From the NCBI RefSeq assembly GCF_009914755.1, contig NC_060940.1: a stretch of DNA of 64,000 nucleotides; one strand, given 5' to 3'. Source of the DNA: the human T2T-CHM13v2.0 reference genome, Homo sapiens. Position 1 is the first letter of the stretch. Every line of letters starts with the position of its first letter. The notes below the pieces were generated by a model. It worked only from the letters and a program-made list of their open reading frames with translations. It had not been told where the DNA came from and searched no databases. This document shows positions 33,099 to 46,364 of this stretch, piece by piece. The translations under genes and the position numbers were made by a program.

Positions 33099-33178
33099 GT
33101 GGGCACTGGGGGTCTGGGGTGACGTTGCAGGTTCTCCCCACTGCCCCTGGAGATGATGACGTCCTTTGCTTTCTTCAG

Positions 33179-33343
33179 GTTGACGTGGAGAATCCCGACC
33201 TGGAAAAGTTCCCCAAGTTTGCCAAGGCCCCATTCCTGTCCTGCATCCTGTCTCCTGGAGAGATCCTGTTCATCCCGGTGAAATACTGGCATTACGTGCG
33301 GGCTCTGGATTTGAGCTTCTCGGTCAGCTTCTGGTGGTCGTAG
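33179..33343 (+). CDS. KDM8: KDM8 exon 8 coding part, to the stop
   Basis: Acceptor ttcttcag|GTT; encodes [54 protein letters not shown] then TAG. H400 is at 33290-33292. The spliced CDS totals 1251 nt, i.e. 416 aa plus stop. Confidence 0.97.
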   Translation, partial: VDVENPDLEKFPKFAKAPFLSCILSPGEILFIPVKYWHYVRALDLSFSVSFWWS

Positions 33344-34385
33344 CCAGGATAGGAGCTGAAAGGGCCTGACATGCAGACAGCATTCATCTGTTCACTAATT
33401 TCCTGGGTCCTGGAATCTATAGAGACAAGCAGGACTGAACCTGTGTCCTGAAGAGCCTTCACTGCCCAGTGGCAGCCCTGGGGGGCTGAGCTCCAGCACT
33501 GGACAGGCACAGAGCAGGGGCTGCCCAGGAAGGAGCACACTCCAGGCCAGGGGTGCATGGCAGAGGAAGGTGGGGAGAGCCCAGAAGGACATTGCAGACA
33601 GACAGCCTGCATGGGGACTCTGGCATCAGAAAGCCGAATGTTTTTGGGAAACGGGTGGGTCACACAGGCAGGGGTGAAACATGGGCTCTGAGGTTGGCTA
33701 CCTGATTCAAACCCGGCCGCGCTGTGCACCTGCTGGGTGACTTGGCCAGGATCCCCCACTTCGCTGTGCCCATATGGAAAAGAGGGCAAGGCCAGTCCTC
33801 ACTGCCGAGGGCCGAGAAGGCGGTGCCGAGCCCCTGCTGCTGCATGAACCTTAGCCGCTGTCACTGATCCCAATTACTCTGATCCTTTTGCCCTTCCTTC
33901 CCATAACGGCCTGCTGGACGCCACAGCCTGAATACTGGAGAGAGCTGGGCATTGCCCAGGTCACAGGAGAGAGTCCGTAGAGACCTGCGCAGGAGCCGGG
34001 ACCCCTGCTGAGCAGTGGGAGCTTTCTGTCATCCCCATGGCTCAAGGATAACCTACCTGCCTGCAGAGAAGTGCGAAGGTCTTGCTGGATGACTTTTCAC
34101 CCGCACTCACCCAGGAGCAGGCTCCCAAGTGAAGAAACCACCGAACCATCACCAGCTCCTAGAAGCCTCCCTCCTACCACCTTCTAGTCACCATCCCCCA
34201 GAAGTAATGACTCTCAAACCTGGGGGATTTGAGGCCAGGGGGAGAGCCAGGCTCTATGCTTTCTGTAATTGTGTCTCGTTTGTGTGCACGCAGGTTTGTT
34301 TTATGTTTTGGCCATTAAGATTTTCCCCAGCCCTCTGTTTTTTGTTTTTTAAACTAAATAGAGATGGGATCTTGCTATGTTGCCC
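33344..34385 (+). other. KDM8: KDM8 3' UTR (end approximate)
   Basis: Follows the stop codon. I see no AATAAA or ATTAAA here. Variant signal ACTAAA at 34353-34358, preceded by U/GU-rich sequence. Confidence 0.55.
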
Positions 34386-34473
34386 AGGCTGGTCTTGAAC
34401 TTCTGGGCTTAAGCAATCCTCCCACCTTGGCCTCCCAAAGTGCTGGGGTTACAGGTGTGAGCCACATGCCAGC
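34338..34473 (-). mobile_element. Alu monomer (FLAM-like) at the KDM8 3' end
   Basis: Antisense left arm with a decayed T tail. Confidence 0.85.
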
Positions 34474-37400
34474 CTTGGCTTCTTTCTTCCCCGCTTCTAA
34501 GATAGGCCTGGGGAAAAGAGCCCTGAGGGTTGAGCTGCCATCCTGCCAGCATCCTGCCACTGGCTCAGCTGCTTGTCTTTTAGCCAAAAATCAAGCAGCC
34601 CCAGGAAAGATTCTGGTTGGCCAGGAGGTAGCTACCCTGGGGTAACTAGAAGGGGGATGGGAAAGTGGCTGTGGGCAGCTGAACTCCAGCTCCTGATGCC
34701 CTCTACCCAGGCCAAGGAATTTGACTTTATCGTGTAGGTCCTGGGGTTCTCAGCCTTTGAGCAGACACAGCAGAATCTGCATTCTCGAAAGCTGGCTGTT
34801 GGCAGGGAGAGGCCGTGATACTCATCCTGGGAGTGGGCTGCCGAGGGGCCATGGGCGTGCTGGGGAGTGACAAACACAAGAGCTATCTGGAAGCTGAGTC
34901 CACTTGGCTCCGTGGGCAGCTGTTTGCAAGGACATTGTTTATTCCCTGCCATGGTTAATAGTGAATTACCTAATCTTTCACAGGAAGAATTTACACCAGA
35001 TGTCAACACCCCTGAAAGTAGCGAGGCATAAAACAGGGACGCCCTCATGACTAGGTTCGCCATTAGTGAGGAGGGGTGGCGGCCCGGCCACAGTGGGCTG
35101 TGACTCCTGGCCCGCCTGTGTAACTCAAACCCCTTCCCCAGCTGAAGGACAGGTGGACTGTGGCCCCAGCTCCCAGTGCCTAGCCGCTCCAGCTGGCAAG
35201 CCCCACGGCCCATCTGTAGTGTAGCGTGACAGAAAGCTGGGCACGGGAGGCCACGTTCATTAACGTGTGGTATCCTGGCCAGGTGGCTTCAAGCAGATGT
35301 CCCTTGTCAGATGAGGAATGGGAAAAGGGGAAATGTCCTGCCCTGTGGGTGAGGACACGCAGCATCTGGAACTCCTCATGAGGGTTTTGAGTGAGTGCTA
35401 GTGTGCGTTGTGGGACGTTCATGTCGGTGTTATCATGCAGGGGTTGGAGGCAAGAGAGACAAGCAGCAGGAGGGCTGGTGTCCCCAGTGGCCAAGTGCCC
35501 AGAGGCTTCCTGAGTCCCCAGCCAGGACTGACTCGAGCTCAAAGAATGAACAGCCAGAACCACAGGACAACTGGGACAGTCCGGAGCTGCCCCGGCCCCT
35601 CCTGCAGGCATTATTTGCTAGTTGGCTTTTTGCCTTCTGGCGTCCATCTTCCCGTCTTCCAGAACGGCACGCTGACTGCATTCTGGAGAATGACCTCTGC
35701 CCCAGGGATGCGGTCCTGGAAGGTCTGTACATCAGCTCCTCCCTGGACCGGCATCTTGAGGGCGTGTCGGGAGGAGCTCAGACAGGCTGGAGCCGACCCC
35801 CTGTGGCAGCAGCGCCCGCAGTGACAGAATTGTCTTGACATCCATGACCCTTATTCCAAGGTCTCCCATTCTAGACTGGTCCTGCCTTCCTGTCATTTCT
35901 GCAAGCCACCTCATACGTTTCCAAAAAACCCCTCTTTAGGTGAGGCCGGCCGGGGCTGGCAGTGGCTGAACGTACTGGGCTTACCAATGGGCGTGTCTCT
36001 GCCCACTGACGAAGGGCTGGGCTGGGTCCCCGGCTGCCTCACTATGGGAAGGTGGGCTTGAGGGCTGAGGAGCCCAGACCTGGTTCTGGGAGGGTGAGCC
36101 TCCCACCAGCAGGGGTCATTGGTTCACTGAGCCTTGGATGCCTGCTCCACCCTGGGTTTATGGAGGTGAACAAAGTGGGGTGGTCCTGCCTGCAGCGGGG
36201 GAGGCCAGCCACCAATTCAGTGTCCAAGTTCACTCCCTGCTGCCCCTGAGGCTACTGAAGATGTGATCGCACCTTCGATATGCTTAGGGAAAGGCCCCTG
36301 CTCCCTCAGCCACGTGGCCTGAGAGGGACAGTCCCACCCCTCTCTCCGAGGTGGGTCTAATTTTCCAATGCCAGCTGGATAATCCCATCCCCACCTCACA
36401 GGTGTCCACGTGGGAGCTGTGGGCCATGAGGATGCTTGCAAGGATGTGGGAGCCACTAAGTGAGAGCCACCCTCTTCCTCCTGATCCCAGGCATGATGCG
36501 CGAGGCCCAGAGGCATGGCAGCTATTTTGCTACCATGAAGAAGGCAGCTGGATTTCTAGGAAACCACCTCGTAGGCCCCAAGCATGCAGCCAGCCCAGTG
36601 AAAGCACAGTAGACACAGAAATATGGCTGTGTGGTGACCTTGCTGGAGCCTCTAGACCAGGCATCTCCTCAAGACCCCTGTGGCCAAGTCCGTCCTTGTT
36701 TCAGCCAGTCTGAGTTGGCTTTTCTGTCATGACTGAAGCATCCTGACTGATGCTGGGGTTCAAGAGAGGGATGAAGATGGGGACTTAACAAGTGTGAGGA
36801 TGGAGGAAGTGCAGGGAGCGAGGGGCTGACCAGTGCCAAAGGGCGAGCGGGTGCTAGCCAGGAAACAAAGCCAGACACCAGAGGGGAGGGCGCGCAGGCC
36901 CAGGGCGCTCTGTGTAGAGGCTCCGGAGCTGACGAAGGAAGCGCTGCACCCTGAGCAGTGGGTGGGGGGAGGCGGTGGCAGATGAGCAGGAGCCTCACCA
37001 GGGGTCACAGCCCTGCTGCAGCAGTGGGGGCATCCAGGGGTCTTCTGCAGGGAGCACAGAGGCAGAGTGTGGGCCGGGGCTGGAGCTCAGCCTGAGGCAG
37101 CAGTGGCAGGGCTAGAGGGCTATTGGCAGCTGGGCTGGACAGGATCTGGTGACAATGGGATGCAGGAGGGTCAGGGAGAGGAAGCACTGAGGCTGACTCC
37201 CAGTCCCGGCTGGGACAGCTGGATGGCAGGGCTGCCGGGCACCCACAGGGAGCAGAGCGTCCAGGGAGGGAGAGCACGCATCCCGCCCAAACGCCCAGCC
37301 TCAGCCCATTCAGGCCAGTGGCACCTTGGGCCAGGGGAGAGTCCAGACTGGGGAGCTGGGGAGGCCAAGGCTCACACATCCAGGTTCGGGCCAGCCCAGT

Positions 37401-37629
37401 CCTGCTGGGACAGCTGGCCACCGCTGGGACTGGAGGCAAGGCTGCCCTGGGCAAGGACAGTGAGCTGTTCTGAGTCATTGCTGGGGGCTCTTGCTGGCTT
37501 CACCTGCTGGAGCCCAAACCCAGGGGGTCTGAGTGACGACCGAACTCCAGGAAAGGCAAGGCCCCAACACGGAGCCTCACACACGGGCTCGAGAACACAG
37601 ACAGGGGCTGCAGCAACTTCCCAGGATGG

Positions 37630-37635
37630 TTTATT
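37630..37635 (-). terminator. NSMCE1: NSMCE1 polyadenylation signal (AATAAA)
   Basis: TTTATT on the + strand, about 137 nt past the NSMCE1 stop codon. Confidence 0.85.
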
Positions 37636-37771
37636 CCAAAGCTGTGGACGGTGAACATTAAGACGAAAGAGGTGACTCGCGTGGAACCTGAAACACGGAC
37701 GCCTTTCTTCCAAGAAGGGCTGTGGCGATCAGGCCACTCAAGGCAGCCAGCCCCTCAGCAGGGCACGATGG

Positions 37772-37851
37772 CTAATGCTGCCTGGACCGCAGGGACTTTT
37801 TGTTCGATTTCAAGACACCAGACTCCCTCTCCTTCTCAGGGTCGAAGACTT
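37772..37851 (-). CDS. NSMCE1: NSMCE1 last coding exon
   Basis: Minus-strand acceptor ctacag|AA GTC; encodes (K)VFDPEKERESGVLKSNKKSLRSRQH then TAG (37774-37772); 80 nt. Confidence 0.95.
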
Positions 37852-38340
37852 CTGTAGACAGAAAAGGCAGGAAAGACACAGTGAATGGAGGGGCTGGCAG
37901 CACAGGGGCACCAGCTGGAGCCAGCAGCTACGTCTCCTGTGCCAAGGACTGTCCTAGGTCTACACCATCCTTCACTGCTAACCCTCCCCAGCCCGTGAGG
38001 AAGGCAGAGTTAGCCCCAGTTCAGAGAGGAACAAACTGAGGGAGCTGTGGACATAGCTTTCACGTCCCCCTCCTGAGAGGGCTGCCAGAGAGAGAGCCTT
38101 GTCTAGACAAAATGCTCATACACGTTGGAATTTCAGCTGGGTTCTAGAAAGTCCTCTGGAGCGGTGCACGTAGCTCAGCCTTTACTTCCTGCAGTGGCTT
38201 CTTCTAGGATTCAAGCTGCTAACACGGACCCCCACACACCCTGGAGCCCTTCAGGGCCCTGTCTCCAAGGGCTTCCCTGGCACCAGGCCCCACGTCCTGC
38301 TGGCCCAGCCCCTCCCATGAGCTCCTCAGGGCCCACGCAC

Positions 38341-38461
38341 TTGGGATCTCGTGGGGCCAGTAGTCGTTGCAGTGGGGGCAGCGCGGTTCAGCATTCGACT
38401 GGAAGTACTTGGCCACGCAGGGTAAGTGCATCCTGATCCCACAGGTTTCGCAGCTTTGACC
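38341..38461 (-). CDS. NSMCE1: NSMCE1 exon (RING-like domain, C-terminal part)
   Basis: Acceptor tttcag|GGT; encodes GQSCETCGIRMHLPCVAKYFQSNAEPRCPHCNDYWPHEIP, part of the C4HC3 RING-like domain; donor A|gtgcgt; 121 nt. Confidence 0.97.
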
Positions 38462-39334
38462 CTGAAACAGGAAAGGCCAATGACGGCGGAGCTGGTGCAC
38501 ACCTCCATGTTCTGCAAACCTCCGGGGAAGCCACAAGGGAAATGGGCAGCAGGTGGCATCGTGTTATCTTCTGGGCCCCAGATTAATATTGAAAATAATC
38601 CCAAACGCCTTAGTGCAGTGGAGTCTTTTGTTTGCTTGCTGCTTGTTGCGGTGGGTTTTACTAAACAATTCTGAACACATGAACGCAGTGACAGAAGCCG
38701 AGGGCTCCCAAACTCCTGCACTCAGATCCTGCAGGTGGCGTGTGGACAGCCACAGCTTTTCAGAAGCTTATTTGCTAATGTGAATCAAAAGCTTTCAAAA
38801 AAAAAGTGCACTTTGTCCCAGAAACTCCGCCCAAGGAAATAATCACCAGGTGCCCAAGGATACAGGTGTACGAGGCCCGTAAGAGCAATTGCAATTACAA
38901 ACAGCTACAGCTGCAAAACGATAGAAACTGAAAGACACATCAATGTCCACGCTGGTTCAGCGGTTGCAAAGCCCTGCAAACCAGTGTTAAGACCACTCCA
39001 GAAAGCAGCAATCGACAAGAGACACTCACTACAAAACTACCAAGATGATGCAGGTTGCACAGAACACTCAGCCTTCCTGAGAAAAATAAAGTAAGCGAGG
39101 GCCCTTGGACCCCAACAGCAGAACCAGGGAGGAGGGCGGCAGTGCGTCCCTGCGGGGCACAGCAGGGAGGCGTCCTGACACGTCCTGGGAGATGGCCTCC
39201 GCCAGCTCTTGTGGGAGGATGCGCCAGCAGTGCAGGAGGGCTGGGCCCAGAGCCAGGATTCCGGGAAGTACCTGTACAGAGCCCCGGGAGCCGAGGGCCC
39301 AGTGATGAGCTCCCGTGCCCTGCCCTGCGGGTAC

Positions 39335-39451
39335 CTGGATGAGGAGGCTGTGACAGATATTGCAGATCTTCACCGCGTCGGGGTACGTCTCCCGGATGTA
39401 TTGCTCCATCTCCAGGATGGCCCGGCCGTGCAGGGTGAACTCCCCTTCCTT
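39335..39451 (-). CDS. NSMCE1: NSMCE1 exon (winged-helix/RING junction)
   Basis: Acceptor ctgcag|AAG; encodes KEGEFTLHGRAILEMEQYIRETYPDAVKICNICHSLLIQ; donor CAG|gtaccc; 117 nt. Confidence 0.97.
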
Positions 39452-40384
39452 CTGCAGGGACACACAGGAGGTGGCCACCCTCAGCCAGGCCCTCTCCCCA
39501 TTCACCACCTCTCTTCCCTCTGTGATCCCACAGCCCAGTGCTCAGGAAGACACAAGGGTCTACGCAGCTTTTCACCAACCCCAGCCAACGGGCATCAGCC
39601 ACATCCCCCTGGCAGAGCCTCGGCAAGGGAAACTGAGGCAAAGACCCTAAAGACATGGAGGCGTGGCTCCCTGACACCCGCCTTTTCTCAGCATCTGCTG
39701 TGCCTTCAGACGTGACTTCTCTGTCTGCACGGCAGCCTCGAGGGAGGCAGTCACAGCCCTCCTGCAGATGAGGACGCTGAGGCCCACAAGGGGGTCAGTC
39801 TCCCCAGGGTGCAAACCCAAACACCCACTGCTGCCATCCGCCACCCATCCCACTCCCAAAAAGCAGCATCCCTGGTGCCTCCCAGCACTTCTGCCTCCCA
39901 GCACTTCTGCCTCCAACTGCAGTAGGGACCCTCAGAGATCACTTCCAGCCACATCACTTTACAGATGGAGCTGGAAGGAGTCTGGAGAGGGCAGACAGGC
40001 CCCATCACACTGTGGGCAGTGGAGCCTCCAGTGGAAGCCAGGCCTCCTGGTTCCCATGCCAGGGTGCGGTCCACCCATCATGCATCCTGAAATCCCTGGG
40101 AGAGCCCGGAAGCACAAGAACAATGCAGCTCCCCAGGCCGACCCTACTGCCAGGTCACAGGAGAAAGGCAGCACTGAGGGAGACCCAAGGCAGGCAAATG
40201 ACACGGGACCCAGGACATGGACCCATGCAGGCTGATTCCAGTTTCTCCACAGTCAGCTCATGCATCGGATATGAACCACACCAGGAGATGACGTCACTGA
40301 CGCCTGCAAGTCACCCGAGTGCTCAACTGCCTTTTCTGTTATTTTCTAATTTTTAATTTTTACAAGCAAGAGCTGTCACTCCCG

Positions 40385-40699
<315 letters not shown>

Positions 40700-41049
40700 C
40701 ACTCCCGTTTCTGACAGGTAGAGCCCCCCACCCCATTCCCACCTTCATCCCCACAGTGCAATGTGGAGGGGTGTGCTTGCGTAATCTGGGCTCACAGTGC
40801 GTTCGCTCTGGAACACCAGTAGAGGAGCTGGGTGAGCACAGGAAGGAAGGCAGGGCAGAAGCGTGGGGTTGGGGCATGGACAGCCGCTGCGGGAACAGTG
40901 GAGGGAGGCCGGGGCACCAGGTGCTTGTGCCCTGCACCGCAGCTGTTGCTGGTGCACAGGGGCTTTGTGTCATCCAAGTGCTGTGGGCAATGGGAGGATG
41001 TGACCAGCCCCCAGGCTGTCCTCGGTCCTCAGTCCTATGGCTGTTACCT

Positions 41050-41567
41050 TCCCCCAAAGCTCCCAAATCCATCATGGCACCCCACCTCCCTGGCCACCGC
41101 CCTCTTCCAGCCTCCCCTCCAGATCCATCACGGCACCCCACCTCCTTGGCCCCCACCCTCTTCCACCCTCCCCTCCAGATCCATCACAGCACCCCACATC
41201 CCCAGCCACCACCCTCTTCCACCCTCCCCTCCAGATCCATCATGGTACCCCACCTCTCCAGCCCCCACCCTCTTCCACCCTCCCCTCCAGATCCATCACA
41301 GCACCCCACATCCCCAGCCACCACCCTCTTCCACCCTCCCCTCCAGATCCATCATGGTACTCCACCTCTCCAGCCCTCACCCTCTTCCACCCTCCCCTCC
41401 AGATCCATCATGGCACCCCACACCCCCAACCACCGCCCTCTTCCGCCCTCCCCTCCAGATGCATCATGGTACCCCACATCCCCGGCCACCGCCCTCTTCC
41501 ACCCTCCCCTACAGATCCATCATGGCAACCCACCTCCCCGGCCTCCACCCTCTTCCACCCTCCCCTG
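41050..41567. repeat. 56-bp minisatellite (VNTR), about 9 copies, in an NSMCE1 intron
   Basis: AGATCCATCA-like anchors at 41065, 41121, 41177, 41233, 41289, 41345, 41401, 41457 and 41513, an exact 56-bp spacing. C-rich on the + strand. Confidence 0.95.
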
Positions 41568-42184
41568 CTCCTGCTGCTCTCTGAGCCCACTCTCCTCCAG
41601 CAACGCACTCGCTACCGAACAAGCCTGGCCCTGTCACTCCCAACTCACCCCCACCCCAGGGCTTCCCACCACCCTTAGGTCCAAGAGCCAAGCCCCTAAT
41701 ACGCGTATCTCCCGGGCTGCCCTCCGTCTGCTCGCCTCGCAATCTTTGTGCTCAGATGGCCCTGGCCTTAGCTTCTTGAGTGCACCTGCTGGCCACAGGG
41801 CCACTGCCGGGCTGATGATCCTCCCACCCCAGGCTCCAGGCAACTCCCACACAGCCTTCAGCTCAAGTGTCACTTCCTCAGCAGCTGAGGGCCGGTTCCT
41901 CTGGGACAGCTGTCATAAAGCCATGTTTCCTTTCCATCTGTACCAGGACTGCAGTGAGATGACCGTCTCACTGATCTCGGGCTCCCCCTCCAGACCATGG
42001 CCCCATGGGAGCGGCCACCAGCTCTGGCTGTGCTCACTCCTGTGTCCGCAGCACCTGCTGTGGGGCCCAGCACTTGGCAGGCCTGTGATAAACACCCACG
42101 GGAAGATGAAGTAGACCTTGCACTGATCCCAAAGGAATGCCTGACACTAAGCAAGTTCAAGCTCAGACTGAGGCAGGAGCTGCA

Positions 42185-42506
<322 letters not shown>

Positions 42507-43905
42507 TGAACACCTGCTATGTGCCTGAAACTGCACCCAAGGCTCACCATTCATGACCCACTCAGTCCTCTGAGGGCCCATCAGGGGAGGGGCAGGAGGG
42601 ATGCCCTAGCCCTCAAAGACGACGACAGCCCAGGTGATCTCCCAGGCGCCTCGCCACAACACTTGGAAGTCAGGACCTCGTGTAGGGAGCAGTCCTGGGG
42701 TGTATGGAGGTGCGCCGATCAGCAGACGCCCAGCTCCCATGAGCCGCGCTTGCTCTCAGAGGCCTCCCCGCTGACCCCAACCACCTACCACCCCTGGGCC
42801 TTCTCCTGGACGGACAGCTGCCTCAGCACCTCCATGCCGGGCCAGTCTCACACAGGACTGGCTGTCCAGGAGTGACGTGTCCTTGGGGTGATATACCCAC
42901 CTGGAAGGGCCTTGTCAGTGGGCCCCTGGCTATTTCTGTGGGAAGCCCTGTGTCTGAGAGGCCAAGGATCAGACACTGACATGTGGTCTCTCTGATCGAG
43001 GTGCTGCCCTAGGAAGACCTGTCCTGGGTAAGTGAGCACCCGCCCCGGTTCTCAGTGATTCCTCCAGAGTGCCGCAGACCTCAAGGCAACCCTTACCAGG
43101 CCATGTAGGTCAGAGAGCACTGGACCCTCACAGAAAACACCTGGAGCTGGCAATGTCCCCATCCTGCAGATGAGGAAACAGTCTCCGCAACGAGAAGCTG
43201 CTCACCACAGGCAGCGGAGGAACCTGGAGGAGTCTCACCACACAGCCCCTGCCACATTAGCTTCGTTCCTTCGTCCTCCTGAGGGCCCCAGCAGGCCAGG
43301 CAGTCAACAAGAAGCCTCTCTAGGGCTACTGCCCAGCGCCAGTGCTGAGGGCCCCCTGCTACTTCTGCAGCGCTCCTGCAGGTGGCAGCTCCCGGATCCT
43401 CTGTCCACCCTCCCTCGAGCTCAGAGGCGCCCTGCAGAAGGTGGTGCCAGCACTGCCACCGAACTGAGAAAGGCACAGAGTACAAGCGCCTGCAGCCACA
43501 GCTCACCGCCACAGACTCCAGGGCGGGGCCTCTCCTATCCACCACCGCCCTCTCCAGACACCAAGGGCAGACAAAGGGCAAGTCAAACCATAAAGCTGGG
43601 GGCACGCCCTGCAAGCCATGCACAATGGTGGCAGCATGTGCTAGGCATGGTGCTCTTGGGTGCAAAGCAGGGTGCAAAGTGTTGTGTACTGGGATGTTGG
43701 GGCACTCGGCTCTAGGGTCTGGGATAACAGGTGACTTCAGTGGGTTTCTTTATGCATCTCAACATGTTCTAATCCTCCTGTAATGAGCAGATATTTCCTG
43801 TAACATTTTTTGTAAGTTTTAAATGCTGTTCCTCTGCAACCTCATCCACCTGTCCAGTCATCCATTCAGCAAGCATTTATTGAGCAGTTGAGGTGCCAGG
43901 CACTA

Positions 43906-44268
<363 letters not shown>

Positions 44269-45615
44269 TTGGCCTGAAGAGGGGCTGCACCACAAGCGAG
44301 AATGGTCAGTTATAACCTGAGTAGCCCTAGAACATTCCCTAGTGCCAAATACAGCCTGGAGGGCAAGAACAACTGTGACAAAGCCATTGATGGGAGCTGC
44401 AGTCCCCAAACCGGGGCCTGAACTCGGCCCTGCCACTCTCAGGGTGTCCGACGTCATCCAGACCCCTGAGCTGTCAGCTAAAAACTAAGCTATGGAGCCA
44501 CTGCAGGGCAGCAGACAGCCTCCAAGACATGACATACGGGAACGCGCCCAGCAGATCCTGCACTCACCAGGAGCTCCCAGCCCTGCCCTCACCCCATGAC
44601 CTCTCCACCCTGTCTTCCCATCAGGTACCCCAGGAACTGAATTCGGGTCAGGTTCCTGGGACAGGCCCACCCTAAATAGAAATCAGTAACTCAGAACACA
44701 GACTTCCCCAACCCAGACGCGAGCCTTCCTGAAAAGGAAGCGGAGAATCGCTGCAGCCACAAGCAGCAGCCTCTGGCCACGAGTCCGACCACCAAGTGAG
44801 GAAGCGGGGACCCGGCGTGAGTGCGTCCTCAACACACATGGGCACAAGCACCTGGGAGGCACAGCTGTGGTCAACTCGGCAAACACTGAGCTGTTGAAAA
44901 CAGGGGTGCCTTTTGTGGAAAAAGAACTGAAACATTTGTTCTGCTCCATTCAGCAGGACTAGACGTGGGGGTGGGGGCAACATCTAGAAACTGGAGCTGC
45001 AGTGGGGCCTGTCCCAGATGTCACAGCTCCTTTCCTGAAGCAGGTCTATGCCTCTTCTAAGCACTGGCCCTGAGGAACTCACTGCTGACAAAAACAACAG
45101 TGGTAATGTCACCAATTCCTCTGCCGCCTCCCCCGCGAGCCAGCCAGCCTAGCACCGAGCACATTACTGTGAGGTCCCATTCCCGCTCCTGACACACCCA
45201 GCCCCGAAGGGGAAACAACGACTCCCCTCTTACAAGGAACATGAGGTCACCTGGCTCAGGGTTCAGACCCGGGTTAGATGTTAGAGCCACACTCTCAGCC
45301 ACGGAACTGCCCTGCCTTGCAGTCTGTGGGCTAGAGCCTTGATCCTGGGGCCCAAGTCCCTGGGCGCGGCTCCTGGCTCTGCCATTCTGGCTGTGGCATC
45401 CTGAACACATCATCTGGGTGAACGGGGAGTGGGAGGCAGGAGGAGTGAGGCCCAAGTCCTCCCCACGGGGTCACTGCTGGAATGCATGAAAGCAGATAAG
45501 GGATCCGAGAAGGCCGGGCTCCTCAGACATCAGTTGGCTACAAGTACGATTTTGGAGAAAAAACTGTTATTCACTTGAAAAAGTGAACCAGGCTGGAAAA
45601 ACCATGAGACAGTAC

Positions 45616-45762
45616 CTCAATCAGCCACTTGTTTTGAACAAACTTCTGCAGCACCTGCTCCGCTTCCTTCTTCCTCATCTTCTTGCCTTTAAGTTGATCA
45701 ACCAGGTTCAATATGTTTGTGGAAGACGCAAAGCCGGTTTCTGAGTCAATAATCAGTTCCAG
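45616..45762 (-). CDS. NSMCE1: NSMCE1 exon (winged-helix B)
   Basis: Acceptor ttccag|CTG; encodes LELIIDSETGFASSTNILNLVDQLKGKKMRKKEAEQVLQKFVQNKWLIE; donor GAG|gtactg; 147 nt. Confidence 0.97.
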
Positions 45763-46364
45763 CTGGAAGAAAGAGCAGGTATCATGCTCATCTATTAAAA
45801 TGGCAAAAATAACTTTTAAATGGTAATACCAAGTCTGGCAGAGGCACAGTAAAACCACTCAGATCACAGGCAGAACTGTACACTGGCATGGTATTCCGGG
45901 AAAACAATTTAATGTGCATCAAGAGCCAGGACTGTGCTCAGTTCTTTTGACTCAGAGGTCACTTCTATAACATCCTCCCAAATAAATCATCTTAATGTCC
46001 CCAAATCAAAGAGGGTCGCCTTGCCTCACGGCTGGCCTCGGAGGCAGTGAGAGAGAGACACGGCAGGCAGGAACCGCTGGGGAAGACAGGTTCCTGCACA
46101 CGCAGGTGTGTGCTCAGCTCAGCACCTGCTCCTCAACCTTGGTGGCTAATAATCCCCAGGAGAAGATCTAAAAGGAATGATTCCACCGCCTGGTTCTCAG
46201 AGATTTGGATTCAACAGATCGTGAGTGGGGCTGAAATGTCTGAATTATTTTTCACCTCTGCAGTTATTATCATTGCATCTAGGCCTGAGAACCACTCTTA
46301 GCCATGTGTTTGAGCAGAAGGCTGAGCAAATAGCTCTGAAGCCTGGTAGAACAGTACCTGTCAA

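Noticed and set aside
33121-33130. Alternative in-frame acceptor gttgcag|GTT inside KDM8 intron 7
   Set aside because: It would leave a 32-nt intron, below the practical minimum for human splicing.
40756-42114. 452-aa Pro/Ser/His-rich ORF and overlapping 250-aa and 213-aa ORFs
   Set aside because: Produced by the stop-free 56-bp VNTR; the same peptides cycle through all three frames. It has a GTG start, is antisense to an NSMCE1 intron, and shows no domain.
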